Shown piece after piece: positions 21,707 through 32,000 of a DNA stretch of 32,000 nt. Position 1 is the stretch's first letter. Each line of letters begins with the position of its first letter. Under the pieces are notes generated by a model. The model was not told the DNA's origin. It was given only the letters and a program-made list of their open reading frames with translations, and searched no databases. The DNA is from Mycobacterium leprae TN (GTDB lineage Bacteria > Actinomycetota > Actinomycetes > Mycobacteriales > Mycobacteriaceae). The translations under genes were made by a program, and so were the position numbers. Location: NCBI RefSeq assembly GCF_000195855.1, contig NC_002677.1:2010001-2042000 (forward strand). Reading direction: 5' to 3'.

Positions 21707-22417
21707 GTGACACAGACTAGCGGTATCGGGGTTCTCGACAAAGCTGTGGCGCTGTTACATACGATTACATACGACGCGTAATCTTCCTGCGGGTTGGCCG
21801 AACTGTACGACCGAGCTGGCTTGCCCAGAGCCACCACCTACCGTCTGGCCGCCGCGCTGGAGGCTCACCGTCTAGCAGCGCGCAACGACGAGGGCCGGTG
21901 CCAGCTTGGAACCGCAGTCTCCGAACTCGCGATCCATGTCAACGATCCACTGTTGGCTGCCAGCGCGACGGTGCTATCTACATTGCGCGAAAGCACCGGA
22001 GAAAGCGTGTAGCTGTATCGCCGAGAAGGCATCTCGCGGGTCTGCGTGGCCGCATCGGAACCTCCTGCGGTCCTTCGCGATACGGTTCCGGTCGGGGTGC
22101 AGTTACCAATGACGGCAGGTTCGGGAGCCAAAGTATTACTGGCCCATAGCGACGCCACCACCAGGGAAGCCGTGCTACCGACGGTGAAATTCACCGACCG
22201 GACACTAGCCGAAGTCCGCCGACGCGGTTGGGCACAAAGCGTAGCCGAGCACGAATCAGGGGTAGCAAGTGTATCGGTGCCCGTGCGCAACGGCCGCTGT
22301 GTCGTGACCGCTGCCATATCGGTGTCTGGACCCATCGACAGGATAGTCCGACGTCCCGGTGCACGATGGGCAACTGACTTACTATCAGCGGCCGAAGCAT
22401 TGACTCGCCGCCTCTGA
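21707..22417 (+). pseudogene. IclR-family transcriptional regulator (Rv2989 / LtbR-NdgR type), divergent from leuCD, interrupted by two in-frame stops
   Basis: From a GTG at 21707 one continuous frame reads VTQTSGIGVLDKAVALLHTITYDA*SSCGLAELYDRAGLPRATTYRLAAALEAHRLAARNDEG...STLRESTGESV*LYRREGISRVCVAASEPPAVLRDTVPVGVQLPMTAGSGAKVLLAHSD...SVSGPIDRIVRRPGARWATDLLSAAEALTRRL. Stops are at 21779-21781 (TAA) and 22010-22012 (TAG); no frameshift is seen. Confidence 0.88.
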
Positions 22418-22579
22418 AAATTCTGCTGCTCGACCGTAAACCACGCGACACGTATCTCGATGCTGTTCACGTAGCAGGTCACAGTAGCGCTTTTCTTAGC
22501 CATCGACTCGGCGTTGGCGGTCGCCTGAAAGACTGGCCCAATAGGAACCAATCGGCACGCGCATGTCGTCATGGCCGAG

Positions 22580-23018
22580 GCTGAAATCATTCGACTGCGT
22601 CGTCAACATCCGCACCGGTACGCTAACCACCATCGGTCCAAACGGGCAGGCACATTTGACCGCTATGTAATACACTGCCATCGACAGCGCAATCCGACTG
22701 GAAATCAAAGATAAAATCACAGAAAGCAGTCAACCTGAAACGAGACCCGCGAGTGAGTTTTTTGATCGAGAACGGCCAAACGTATGACCCGCTGCGCGGG
22801 ATGTTCTTTGAAGGAACTACGGAGAGTATCGGCCGATCACGATTCCCCTTTCCGGATCGGACCAGTTCGGAGTCAGCGTTTGGGAACGCTATACCGGTCC
22901 TACATCGACGACGCAAAGCCCATGGTCGACCAGATGATGAACAAGCGAATCGACTGTGCGCGGTGTCAGCCGTCTTACCCGTTCGTGGGATAACCACAAG
23001 CTCAGCTTGCCGCACATT
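22580..23018 (+). pseudogene. Decayed F420/flavin-binding split-barrel (pyridoxamine 5'-phosphate oxidase-like) protein, Rv2991-type
   Basis: Plus-strand fragments: TGTL-like RTGTLTTIGPNGQAHLTAM*YTAID, KAVNLKRDPRVSFLIENGQTYDPLRGMFFEGTTES, VWERYTGP, DDAKPMVDQMMNKR, in different frames with stops. Confidence 0.75.
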
Positions 23019-23108
23019 CCTGTGAAGAGGATCGACCGGACCAGCCGCACTGGCAAATTAGAAACAAATAGGGTTCGGCCAGTAACCACGTTATCGACGG
23101 TCGCTTTG

Positions 23109-23181
23109 TAGCCCCGATGGGATTCGAACCCACGCTACCGCCGTGAGAGGGCGGCGTCCTAGGCCGCTAGACGACGGGGCC
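23109..23181 (-). tRNA. tRNA-Glu (CTC anticodon)
   Basis: The reverse complement GGCCCCGTCGTCTAGCGGCCTAGGACGCCGCCCTCTCACGGCGGTAGCGTGGGTTCGAATCCCATCGGGGCTA folds as a 73-nt cloverleaf. Anticodon loop CTCTCAC, T-loop TTCGAAT. Confidence 0.95.
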
Positions 23182-23271
23182 AGAACCGATCCGAGCTGTC
23201 TAGCATAGCTCACACCGCTAAGCCCACCCAATCGCTTCGAGACCATGGTTGACAGTCCGACGGACTTTTTG

Positions 23272-23343
23272 CTGGGGTACCAGGACTCGAACCTAGAATG
23301 GCTGAACCAGAATCAGCTGTGTTGCCAATTACACCATACCCCA
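23272..23343 (-). tRNA. tRNA-Gln (CTG anticodon)
   Basis: The reverse complement TGGGGTATGGTGTAATTGGCAACACAGCTGATTCTGGTTCAGCCATTCTAGGTTCGAGTCCTGGTACCCCAG folds as a 72-nt cloverleaf. Acceptor TGGGGTA/TACCCCA, anticodon loop TTCTGGT. Confidence 0.95.
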
Positions 23344-23583
23344 TTTCTACCTAGAACCTCTGGTCAGAGCACATTCTGCGGACTATAACAAACACGTATC
23401 AGCGTCTTAATATGTCCTGGGACTTGCTTCTGTCCAGCCATGATCGGCCGACGTGCAGACTACCAAAGACTCACCGCGCAAATACACACACCTTGTCTTA
23501 CCTCGTTGCGTTCCTAGTGTGGCGATAGCGAGCGCTGGAAACGGCGCGAGTAAGCAGCCACGCAACCGGACTTAGGCCTGCAG

Positions 23584-25092
23584 CTAGGCCGAGGTGACTC
23601 GCGCTCGCGCAGCACTCAGCCGCTGCAGACTGCGAGCACGGCCGAGTAGCTCCAGCGATTCGAACAGCGGCGGGCTGACCAATGCCCCCGTGGCGGCGAC
23701 CCGGATCGGGCCAAACACTTTGCGCGGTTTAAGACCAAGACCTTCGATGAGTGCAACCTTGAGGACGTCCTCGATACTCGCAGTGGTCCAATCCACCAGG
23801 CTGTCCAGCACGGCACAGGCAACATCAAGCACCGGCCCGGCATCGGCATCCAGTTCTTTGGCAGCGGCCTTAGAGTCGATAGAGTACTCGTCATCGTTGA
23901 GGAATTTCAACAGGTCCCAAGCGTCACCAAGCACAACGATGCGGGTCTGCACCAACTGCGCCGCGGCAACGAAACCAGCTTCGTAATTAGCGGGATCCAA
24001 AGCGATGTGGTAGCCGTGTGTGGTGAAGTAGTCGCGTAGCCTGCCAGCGAAATCCTCGGAGTCGAGCATTCGGATGTGCTCGGCGTTAACCGCATCGGCC
24101 TTCTTCTGATCGAATCGCGCCGGATTGGAGTTGACGTCGACCACATCGAACGCGGCTACCATCTCATCGAGACTGAACAAGTCGTGGTCATCGGCGATCG
24201 CCCACCCCAGCAAGGCAAGGTAGTTCAGCAGACCTTCGGGGATAAAGCCCCGGTCACGGTGGGCAAACAAATTCGACTGCGGTTCTCGCTTCGAGAGTTT
24301 CTTGGTTCCCTCCCCCAATACCGATGGGAAATGACCGAATTCGGGAATACGCTCAGCCATCCCGATTCGGATCAACGCCTGGTATAGCGCCACCTGTCGC
24401 GGAGTCGACGATAGTAAGTCTTCGCCCCGCAGTACATGCGTGATCTTCATCAGCGCGTCATCGCACGGGTTGACCAAAGTGTACAACGGATCTCCGCTTG
24501 CTCGGGTCAACACGTAATCGGGCACAGTGCCCACAGCAAAGGTAGTTGTCCCGCGCACCAGGTCATCCCAACTGATATCCTCGTCGGGCATCCGCAGCCG
24601 AACTACAGGCTTACGGCCTTCCGCCAAGTACGCTGAGAACTGCGCATCGGTAAGATCGCGGTCAAAGTTGTCATAACCCAGCTTGGGATTGCGTCCAGCA
24701 GCAAGATGGCGGTTCTCGACTTCCTCCGGTGTGGAGAAAGCGTAATAGGCCTCTCCTGTAGCAAGCAACTTTGCCACCACCTCGCGGTAGATGTCAGTGC
24801 GCTGCGACTGCCGGTACGGACCGTAAGGTCCTCCAACCTCGGGACCCTCGTCCCAGTTCAGGCCGAGCCAGCGCAACGCATCGAGCAGGGCCAGGTAGCT
24901 TTCTTCACTGTCGCGGTCGGCGTCGGTGTCCTCGATGCGTAAGACGAAGGTGCCTCCAGTATGTCGAGCGTAAGCCCAGTTGAACAGGGCCGTGCGAACC
25001 ATCCCGACGTGCGGAACACCAGTGGGCGATGGGCAGAATCGTACCCTGACTTTTGCTGCTTGCGGGGTACCATCAGAGGTTACTGCAGTCAC
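23584..25092 (-). CDS. gltX: Glutamyl-tRNA synthetase
   Basis: 502 aa: [73 protein letters not shown]. Confidence 0.97.
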   Translation of the reverse strand: MTAVTSDGTPQAAKVRVRFCPSPTGVPHVGMVRTALFNWAYARHTGGTFVLRIEDTDADRDSEESYLALLDALRWLGLNWDEGPEVGGPYGPYRQSQRTDIYREVVAKLLATGEAYYAFSTPEEVENRHLAAGRNPKLGYDNFDRDLTDAQFSAYLAEGRKPVVRLRMPDEDISWDDLVRGTTTFAVGTVPDYVLTRASGDPLYTLVNPCDDALMKITHVLRGEDLLSSTPRQVALYQALIRIGMAERIPEFGHFPSVLGEGTKKLSKREPQSNLFAHRDRGFIPEGLLNYLALLGWAIADDHDLFSLDEMVAAFDVVDVNSNPARFDQKKADAVNAEHIRMLDSEDFAGRLRDYFTTHGYHIALDPANYEAGFVAAAQLVQTRIVVLGDAWDLLKFLNDDEYSIDSKAAAKELDADAGPVLDVACAVLDSLVDWTTASIEDVLKVALIEGLGLKPRKVFGPIRVAATGALVSPPLFESLELLGRARSLQRLSAARARVTSA

Positions 25093-25895
25093 GACTTTCC
25101 TTTGCGGACTACGGGATTGGTAAGAGTTCCGATGCCTTCGACAGTGATAGAAACGATGTCACCGTCTTCGACGGGACCAACACCTGCCGGTGTCCCGGTG
25201 AGTATGAGATCACCGGGCAGCAATGTCATTACCGCCGAGATCCACTCCATGATGGCACCGATGCCGTGAATCATCAGGGAGGTGCGGCTGTGTTGTTTAA
25301 CTTCGCCGTTGACTGCGGTTCGCAGTTCAAGATCGGCTGGGTCTAGGGGACCGAGGTCGGTGACGATCCACGGCCCTACTGGGCAGAAGGTATCATGTCC
25401 TTTCGCGCGGGTCCATTGACCATCCGCGCGTTGTTGATCGCGAGCCGACATGTCGTTGCCGATGGTATAGCCGAGAATGCAGTCGACGGCCTGGACTGCC
25501 GGGACGTCCTTGCACGACCGGCCCACCACGAGTGCCAACTCGCCCTCGAAATGCACAGGTGATGCGTTGGCAGGCAGTCGAATCGGAACATTTGGCCCGA
25601 TGATCGCGGTATTGGGCTTGAGGAATATCACCGGATCTGCCGAAGCTAGTCCCGTTTGGCCACCCATCTCGACGATATGATCGGCGTAGTTCTTACCGAT
25701 ACAGACCACCTTGCTGGCCAGCATCGGAGCCAGTAGCCGGACATCGGCTAATGGCCACGAACGGCCAGTGAAGGTTAACTCGCCGAATGGGTACTCAGCG
25801 AGCTCACGGGCAAACATCCCATCGGGATCGTCAGGCTCACCTTCGATGCTGACGAACGCGACGCCATCTGGACTAGATATTCGACCAAGACGCAT
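25089..25895 (-). CDS. Fumarylacetoacetate hydrolase (FAH) family protein (Rv2993c-type)
   Basis: 268 aa: [82 protein letters not shown]. Overlaps the gltX start by 4 nt. Confidence 0.93.
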   Translation of the reverse strand: MRLGRISSPDGVAFVSIEGEPDDPDGMFARELAEYPFGELTFTGRSWPLADVRLLAPMLASKVVCIGKNYADHIVEMGGQTGLASADPVIFLKPNTAIIGPNVPIRLPANASPVHFEGELALVVGRSCKDVPAVQAVDCILGYTIGNDMSARDQQRADGQWTRAKGHDTFCPVGPWIVTDLGPLDPADLELRTAVNGEVKQHSRTSLMIHGIGAIMEWISAVMTLLPGDLILTGTPAGVGPVEDGDIVSITVEGIGTLTNPVVRKGKS

Positions 25896-25949
25896 TTACT
25901 TGAGACTAGCGTAACGACAATGCATGCCGTGGAGCGGCGGTGCACGCAC

Positions 25950-27130
25950 AAGCATGATCCGATGCCTGAGAATCCGAGTCACCCAAACCAATTGAGCCTA
26001 GGCGCACGCTGGTCAATAACATTCATCTCGGTGGGCGTGACATCTAGTAGCTCGTTCCTGTTTATCAACAGCGTTGCGTTCATGATTTCCGCATTTGTCG
26101 CCGCACGTGGGAATCTCGTTGGCCGACGCTGAACTATTGGCTTCGATGACCAGCTAGGGCCGGAGGTCGTTACGCTGGCTTTATGAAGTTACATCACCGT
26201 ACGGCTGAGCAAGTGGATCGTCATAATTGTGGGCTCGGCGCTCACCGCGGCTTCGAAGTATGCCGCGGCATCGGTCCACTCGCTAGTGGCAACGGGCGCA
26301 TTCCTATTCCTCGGTGGCATGCCCACCGCTAGCCGTAACACGGCTGGCGGTGGGCTGGTCTCCAATTGGCTACCACCAAAGTAAACTCAAAGTCGCGATG
26401 GGGCTTATCCGTCAGACCGTGCAAAACCGCTGAGAATCGCCATCGGCGCCTTGACGATACCCGAGATCGTCGAACGCAGGCCTGATGTTTCCGGCATTTA
26501 TGTGCACGATATCCACGGTGGCCAGCGCGATCGGCAGATTGACAGCCGCGGAAAAGCCCGGACAGCAACAAGGAACTGGCCACCCGTATCACGAGGCGTT
26601 CACGTTGTGGCTAATCCACGCAATCTAGGCACTGCTGATGATGTCGCAGGCGATACCAGTGACGTTCATGTTGGTCTGGCTGGTAAAACACTACGGTTGG
26701 TCGGTCGCAGCAGCGGGCTAAGCCGGTGGCAATCTCGCAACTGCTCAGTGCACTGGGCCGCATCCTGGCTGGCCGCATAGGCTCACGAATGCGATTCGTT
26801 CGCATCATCACCACCCCGGCTGCTTCGGCCCTGTTTCTGCTAACCCTTGTCTATGACCAGGGTTCGCGGTACTACGTGTTGCTCATGATCGCCATATCGG
26901 TTACTGCAGTGCTTGACAACGGGTTGGAAGCAACCGTGATCACCAAATTGCGCCAGACCGTTCTGGAGCTGGGACGCTATATGGACATTCAGAACACCTA
27001 CCAGCGGCCAATGGCAGCTGCCGCACCCCCACTGTTCGGTATCCTGACCGCCGACGCTACGTATCCACCGACCTGGGTGTTGCGCGGATTTTTCCCGCTC
27101 GCATCAGCGCCTTTGGTGCCGATGCGGTAG
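25950..27130 (+). pseudogene. Decayed major facilitator superfamily transporter (Rv2994-type)
   Basis: Hydrophobic fragments in changing plus frames: ARWSITFISVGVTSSSSFLFINSVAFMISAFVAARG, IVGSALTAASKYAAASVHSLVATGAFLFLGG, LLMMSQAIPVTFMLVWLVKHYGWSVAAAG, ASALFLLTLVYDQGSRYYVLLMIAISVTAVLDNG. Boundaries approximate. Confidence 0.6.
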
Positions 27131-27154
27131 GTCCCGACCGGCTTGGAACCTAAC

Positions 27155-28165
27155 CTAGAGTGCAGCGGCTATTCGTTCTCCAACTTCGCCGGTGGAAAAC
27201 CGCCCGTTCCCGCGAGTCGCCAAATAACTCGCTACCGCCTGGTCCAACCGAGCAGCCGGCTCATCCTCACCGAGATGGGCGAGCAGCAGTGCCAACGACA
27301 TTATCGCCGCGGTCGGATCAGCGATGCCCTGGCCGGCAATATCCGGAGCGCTGCCATGCACCGGCTCGAACATCGACGGATTGGTCCGGGTGGCATCGAT
27401 ATTTCCACTGGCGGCCAAGGCAATGCCACCACACACCGCTGCGGCCAAGTCGGTGATGATATCACCGAATAGGTTATCAGTGACAATGACATCAAAGCGA
27501 CTGGGTTCGGTGACCAAGTAGATGGTGGCCGCATCTATATGCTGGTAGACAACCTCGACGTCGGGGTATTTTTCACCGACCTCCTGCACGATCCTACACC
27601 ACAACGTCCCGGCATAGGTCAGCACGTTGTTCTTGTGTACCAGCGTCAGATGCTTGCGGCGCTGTCGGGCACGTTCGAACGCATCTTGCACCACCCGGCG
27701 CACACCAAAAGCGGTATTCACACTTACCTCCGTGGCCACCTCGTTAGGGGTTCCGACACGGATCGCACCGCCGGTACCAGTGTAGGGGCCTTCGGTGCCC
27801 TCGCGAACCACCACAAAGTCAATATCGGGCTTTCCCGCAAGCAAACTGTTAACACCTGGATACAACCGGGCCGGTCGCAGATTGATATGATGATCCAGCT
27901 CGAAGCGCAATCTCAGCAGCAAGCCCCGCTCCAACACACCACTAGGGACTGAGGGATCACCTACCGCCCCGAGCAAGATGGCGTCGTGCTCCCGTAGCTC
28001 GGCGAGCACCGACTCCGGCAATAGCTCACCAGTGGTGTGATAACGCCGGGCGCCCAGATCGTAGGTAGTCTTCTGTACGCCCGGCAGCACCACATCAAGA
28101 ATTTTGACTGCCTGTGCGACCACCTCCGGGCCGATCCCGTCGCCACCGATGATCGCCAATTTCAT
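27155..28165 (-). CDS. leuB: 3-isopropylmalate dehydrogenase
   Basis: 336 aa: [89 protein letters not shown]. Confidence 0.97.
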   Translation of the reverse strand: MKLAIIGGDGIGPEVVAQAVKILDVVLPGVQKTTYDLGARRYHTTGELLPESVLAELREHDAILLGAVGDPSVPSGVLERGLLLRLRFELDHHINLRPARLYPGVNSLLAGKPDIDFVVVREGTEGPYTGTGGAIRVGTPNEVATEVSVNTAFGVRRVVQDAFERARQRRKHLTLVHKNNVLTYAGTLWCRIVQEVGEKYPDVEVVYQHIDAATIYLVTEPSRFDVIVTDNLFGDIITDLAAAVCGGIALAASGNIDATRTNPSMFEPVHGSAPDIAGQGIADPTAAIMSLALLLAHLGEDEPAARLDQAVASYLATRGNGRFSTGEVGERIAAAL

Positions 28166-28214
28166 CTGCCCCGCTCCTTCTCATCGCCTCGCGCTGGATC
28201 GTCACCGGAGTAAG

Positions 28215-29801
28215 TCATGACAGATTGACTACCTCAAGCTTGTTGGCACTCACCGCTGCCACGATCGCCGACCGCACATCACCCGGCACGTCTTGATCCA
28301 GCCTCAACAGAATCGTCGCACCTGGCCCCTCGGTGTCCTCAGACAGCTGAGCAGCTTGGATATTCACCCCGGCCGCGCCCAGCAAAGTGCCAATCTTGCC
28401 CAGAGCGCCAGGTTGGTCGACATACCTGATCACCAAGTTCATGCCCTGCGCACGCAAATCAAAGTTACGACCATTGACCTGCACGATCTTCTGCACCAGT
28501 TGCGGCCCAGACAACGTACCGGCTATGTTGACCACCGAGCCGTCGGAGGCGACCGCCCGCACGTCGACCACACTGCGATGGTTGGGGCTCTCCGAGCCCG
28601 TAGTGATTTCAGCGGACACACCTCGTTCGGCGGCCAGTGCCGGTGCGTTGACGAACGTCACAGCATCCTCTATGACCGTCGAGAAAAGCCCACGTAGGGC
28701 CGAAAGCCGCAATATTTCAACGTCTTCAGAAGCCAACTCGCCACGCACGTGCACCGACAACGACGCCGGCAGTTCATCGGATAACGCGGCTACCAGCACC
28801 CCAAGCTTGCACACCAAGTCCAGCCAGGGAGCCACCTCTTCGTTGACCACGCCCCCGTCCACGTTGACCGCGTCAGGCACAAACTCCCCCGCCAGCGCCA
28901 GCCGCACGCTTTCGGCCACATCAGTACCTGCTCGATCCTGGGCTTCGGCGGTAGACGCCCCCAGATGCGGTGTCACCACCACCTGCGATAGTTCAAACAG
29001 CGGGCTATCGGTGCACGGTTCGGTGGCAAACACATCTAGACCGGCCGCCCGAACATGTCCGCTGCGCACCGCATCGGCTAGCGCCACCTCGTCCACTAAG
29101 CCGCCGCGTGCGGCATTGACAATGATGACACCGGGCTTGGTTTTGGCCAGCGCCTCCTTGTCGATCAGGCCCGCCGTCTCGGGCGTCTTCGGCAAATGCA
29201 CTGAGATAAAATCGGCCCGGGCTAGGAGATCGTCAAAAGACATCAGCTCGATACCAAGCTGCGCGGCCCGTGCCGGCGCCACATACGGGTCGTAAGCGAT
29301 AACGTGAGCCCCGAACGCTGCTATCCGTGCGGCAACCAACTGCCCAATCCGACCCAGCCCCACCACGCCGACGGTCTTGCCGAAAATTTCGGTGCCGGAG
29401 AACGACGACCGTTTCCAGATGTGTGCACGCAGTGAGGCGTCGGCCTCCGCGATCTGCCGAGAAGCTGCCAATAGCAGCGCCAACGCGTGCTCAGCGGCGC
29501 TGTGAATGTTCGACGTTGGGGCGTTGACTACCAGGACACCGCGCGCGGTGGCGGCATCGACATCAACGTTGTCTAGCCCTACCCCGGCACGGGCGACGAT
29601 CTTGAGCTTAGGAGCGGCTGCCAGCACCTCGGCGTCGACAGTAGTGGCCGACCGCACCAACAACGCGTCGGCCTCGGGTACTGCAGCTAACAGCTTCGTC
29701 CGGTCTGGACCGTCCACCCACCGCACCTCGACTTGGTCTCCCAGGGCAGCCACGGTTGATTGGGCGAGTTTGTCGGCAATTAACACAACAGGCAGGTCCA
29801 C
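28215..29801 (-). CDS. serA: D-3-phosphoglycerate dehydrogenase
   Basis: 528 aa: [95 protein letters not shown] and a C-terminal ACT domain ([25 protein letters not shown]). Confidence 0.97.
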   Translation of the reverse strand: MDLPVVLIADKLAQSTVAALGDQVEVRWVDGPDRTKLLAAVPEADALLVRSATTVDAEVLAAAPKLKIVARAGVGLDNVDVDAATARGVLVVNAPTSNIHSAAEHALALLLAASRQIAEADASLRAHIWKRSSFSGTEIFGKTVGVVGLGRIGQLVAARIAAFGAHVIAYDPYVAPARAAQLGIELMSFDDLLARADFISVHLPKTPETAGLIDKEALAKTKPGVIIVNAARGGLVDEVALADAVRSGHVRAAGLDVFATEPCTDSPLFELSQVVVTPHLGASTAEAQDRAGTDVAESVRLALAGEFVPDAVNVDGGVVNEEVAPWLDLVCKLGVLVAALSDELPASLSVHVRGELASEDVEILRLSALRGLFSTVIEDAVTFVNAPALAAERGVSAEITTGSESPNHRSVVDVRAVASDGSVVNIAGTLSGPQLVQKIVQVNGRNFDLRAQGMNLVIRYVDQPGALGKIGTLLGAAGVNIQAAQLSEDTEGPGATILLRLDQDVPGDVRSAIVAAVSANKLEVVNLS

Positions 29802-29829
29802 GCCGCCAGAGTATCGACTGTAATTGACA

Positions 29830-31190
29830 TGTGGACGTCACCGTCGTCGACAGCGAACTCACCAAGATCTCTGCTGCCTGACCTGCGCCCGCGCAGGACG
29901 CAAAATGCCAGTAGTCAAGGCTCAGCGGTTAACCCCCTGACGCTGGCATCGCCGTTTTTCGTGGAGTTCGACTTGCGTGCCCGCGGCGTCACACTGGCGG
30001 TACCAAAGATTGCCTATGCAAACCCGCTGCCGAGCCGGCCCGCGGCCATCGCTTACCGCGATCTCGAACGCACAGTGCCGAGTTGGTCGACTACGCGTCC
30101 TGGCGGCGACTGCTCGGGCCACTGACGGCAGACGCCGACGCAGTGATCGGATTCGTGCTCGGCGACAAGCGTTCGGTGCCCAGTTAGATCTTGCCTGACC
30201 TGCGTCTGGGCTTACGAATGCTGGCGCAAAGCACCCCGACGTGGCGGTCACTGAGTGGCGAGTACACCCGATCCTTGTTCACCGGCGTTGCCGCCCATAC
30301 GGTTTTGCGGATACCGTCGTTGGTATCGGCGGGCGCCGGGTTAACGCCGCCCACCCTCGCCTATGCAGTAGGCTAACCGCGCCTGGTGGTGGGCTACCCA
30401 GACATCATCGACACGCTTGCCTACCTAAGCGCGCGCAGAAGCGCGTTTACGGACGACGTGGAAAGCACCGAATCACCAGGACTCCTGAGGTGCCGTCATG
30501 TTTGACACGACCCCAACAATGTTGCTTCAGAAGTACGGCAACATCCTTCCACCTCGGTACGTTAAAGCATTTCGCCGTAACCGACTGGGCCAGATGTTGC
30601 CAAAGTCGACTTCGTGGTTAGTTATTCCATCTCGTGGTCGGATCCGCGGCTGCGGCAAGCAGCAATTCTTCAATCTGGGCGATACCCCGCGAATAGATAG
30701 CGCGCACCGAGGCAGACATCGTGGTTGGCCGCCACGCGCGGTGGCCAATGCTGCTAACCACCTCACCACACATCGCCGATCCGGGCCGCATCGCTACCAA
30801 CGGCCGCCATCTTTTCTGGACTTACACCTACGTCCCGTCGAATTCCACCGCCGATCCAACCGAGACCGTGACCGGGGGTGTCGAGCAATTCACACCGAGC
30901 TTCCGCGACATCGTGGTTGTGGCGCATACGGTGTACACCGCGCTAATAACCGACTATGTCGGCGACCATATTGTGACGGGAGACAATTCCCTGCGGCGTG
31001 CGATCGCTAACCTCCACACCGAGGATCAACCCTTGGCACACAACGACTCCCAAGGTGTAATCTGTGTTCGGCTGCCCCCGGCAACAACGTGCACGGCATG
31101 GCCGGTTACTAAGCCGCACACACCCTGTTACTCCGAGAATTCGGGACCACCGACGTGCCCGCGATGGCACCGTGACAAGGCTCGCGGTCA
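29830..31190 (+). pseudogene. Decayed phytoene-desaturase-like FAD dehydrogenase (Rv2997-type)
   Basis: Plus-strand fragments in several frames: [145 protein letters not shown]. Boundaries approximate. Confidence 0.72.
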
Positions 31191-32000
31191 TCTATTATTT
31201 CGACCACCAGTCACGGCACCACGATGGCTGAGCGCGTCTCCGCTACGACCAAATCTGCGTGCACGGAAGTCCAATGCGCCACGTAGCCGAGACATGCGCC
31301 CCGGAATCGTTCGCACCCAACCCGGCCAGGACGGCTAACTACGAAGCCACCAAAGACTTGCCCCCAACCACCGGTGACGACAGTATCTGAGTCGACGCCT
31401 TGATTTTTCACTGGCCGACCTGATTCGGCTCTCCGGCATCGCAATTGTGCAACTTCCTCGACTCGCTGTACGGGCTGTGAGCCGAAGGCAAGCTGGCCGA
31501 CAAGGTGCACTCGGCCTTCACATCGTCCAATACCGTACATGACGGACAGGAAACCACCCTGGTCACACCGTACTTGACCCTGATGCATTTCAGCGACATC
31601 ATCGGTGATACTGGGTACACACCGATACGGTGAAATCTGTCGACGGCCACCCTGATAGAGGTGAGCTCAGTGTCCACCCACGACAACATCACCGAATCAA
31701 ATTATGTTATGCGACCGGCAAACACCCTCGATTACCGGGCTCGCTGGGTGGTGACTACTGGCGGTTGTGTTGAGGTTAATGTTAGCGCGGACTCGTTGTG
31801 GGGGTGGAGTAAAGGGTGGTGGGTCAGTGTATTGGCGGGTCGGTGCGTCAGGTCGCAAAGGTCGGTATCGATGCCGTGGTGATGCGGGTATGAGAGTCGT
31901 TTCGAGGTCTTGGTCTCACGCTGGGGTTGTACAGCGATTCTGTGGTAGGGCGTTGTCTTGTGGTTGATCATGGCCGCAGTGATCACATCAGTGCTGTGGT

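Noticed and set aside
22191-22451. Minus-strand 86-aa ORF and small ORFs around 22496-22720 as hypothetical proteins
   Set aside because: They fall within or between pseudogene remnants on the opposite strand and show no family signature or conserved start context.
21865-22590. 241-aa minus-strand ORF antisense to the IclR pseudogene
   Set aside because: It shadows the homologous plus-strand frame and has no family resemblance. I considered whether it could be an Rv2990c remnant, but saw no support.
23109-23343. Two adjacent tRNAs as a possible integration site for a mobile element
   Set aside because: No integrase, attachment-site repeat or foreign-looking cargo is visible on either side. 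The flanking genes match ordinary mycobacterial gene order.
28387-29295. 302-aa plus-strand ORF antisense to serA
   Set aside because: It lies wholly opposite a strongly conserved serA reading frame in high-GC DNA, has no recognizable domain, and is Ser/Thr/Pro/Ala-rich in the way typical of shadow ORFs.

Overview
This window matches a stretch of the Mycobacterium leprae chromosome. I base that on protein-level resemblance, the mixture of intact and decaying genes, and gene order matching the M. tuberculosis Rv2968c-Rv2999 region. Intact genes, left to right: a VKOR-family protein (5' part only, cut by the window edge), a DsbA-like thioredoxin-fold protein, an aldo/keto reductase, recG, rpmB (L28), ung, thiL, a DUF3515 protein (Rv2980 type), ddlA, a gpsA/gpdA2 type glycerol-3-phosphate dehydrogenase, fbiD, ppk, mutT1, hupB, leuD, leuC, tRNA-Glu, tRNA-Gln, gltX, an FAH-family protein (Rv2993c type), leuB and serA. 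At least eight decayed genes lie between them: lipN-like esterase, a second aldo/keto reductase, a DUF1524/HNH-like exported protein, DAK2/DhaL-family (Rv2974c/Rv2975c), an IclR-family regulator (Rv2989/LtbR/NdgR type), an F420/flavin oxidoreductase (Rv2991 type), an MFS transporter (Rv2994 type) and a phytoene-desaturase-like FAD dehydrogenase (Rv2997 type). I found no CRISPR array, phage, toxin-antitoxin cassette or convincing new multi-gene system. The most useful leads are the IclR pseudogene with only two in-frame stops plus an adjacent palindrome upstream of leuCD, a non-conservative substitution in the histidine-phosphatase motif of MutT1, a short LeuC insertion, a perfect 22-bp palindromic element upstream of fbiD, and an unexplained compositional change at the right edge that may be a dispersed repeat.
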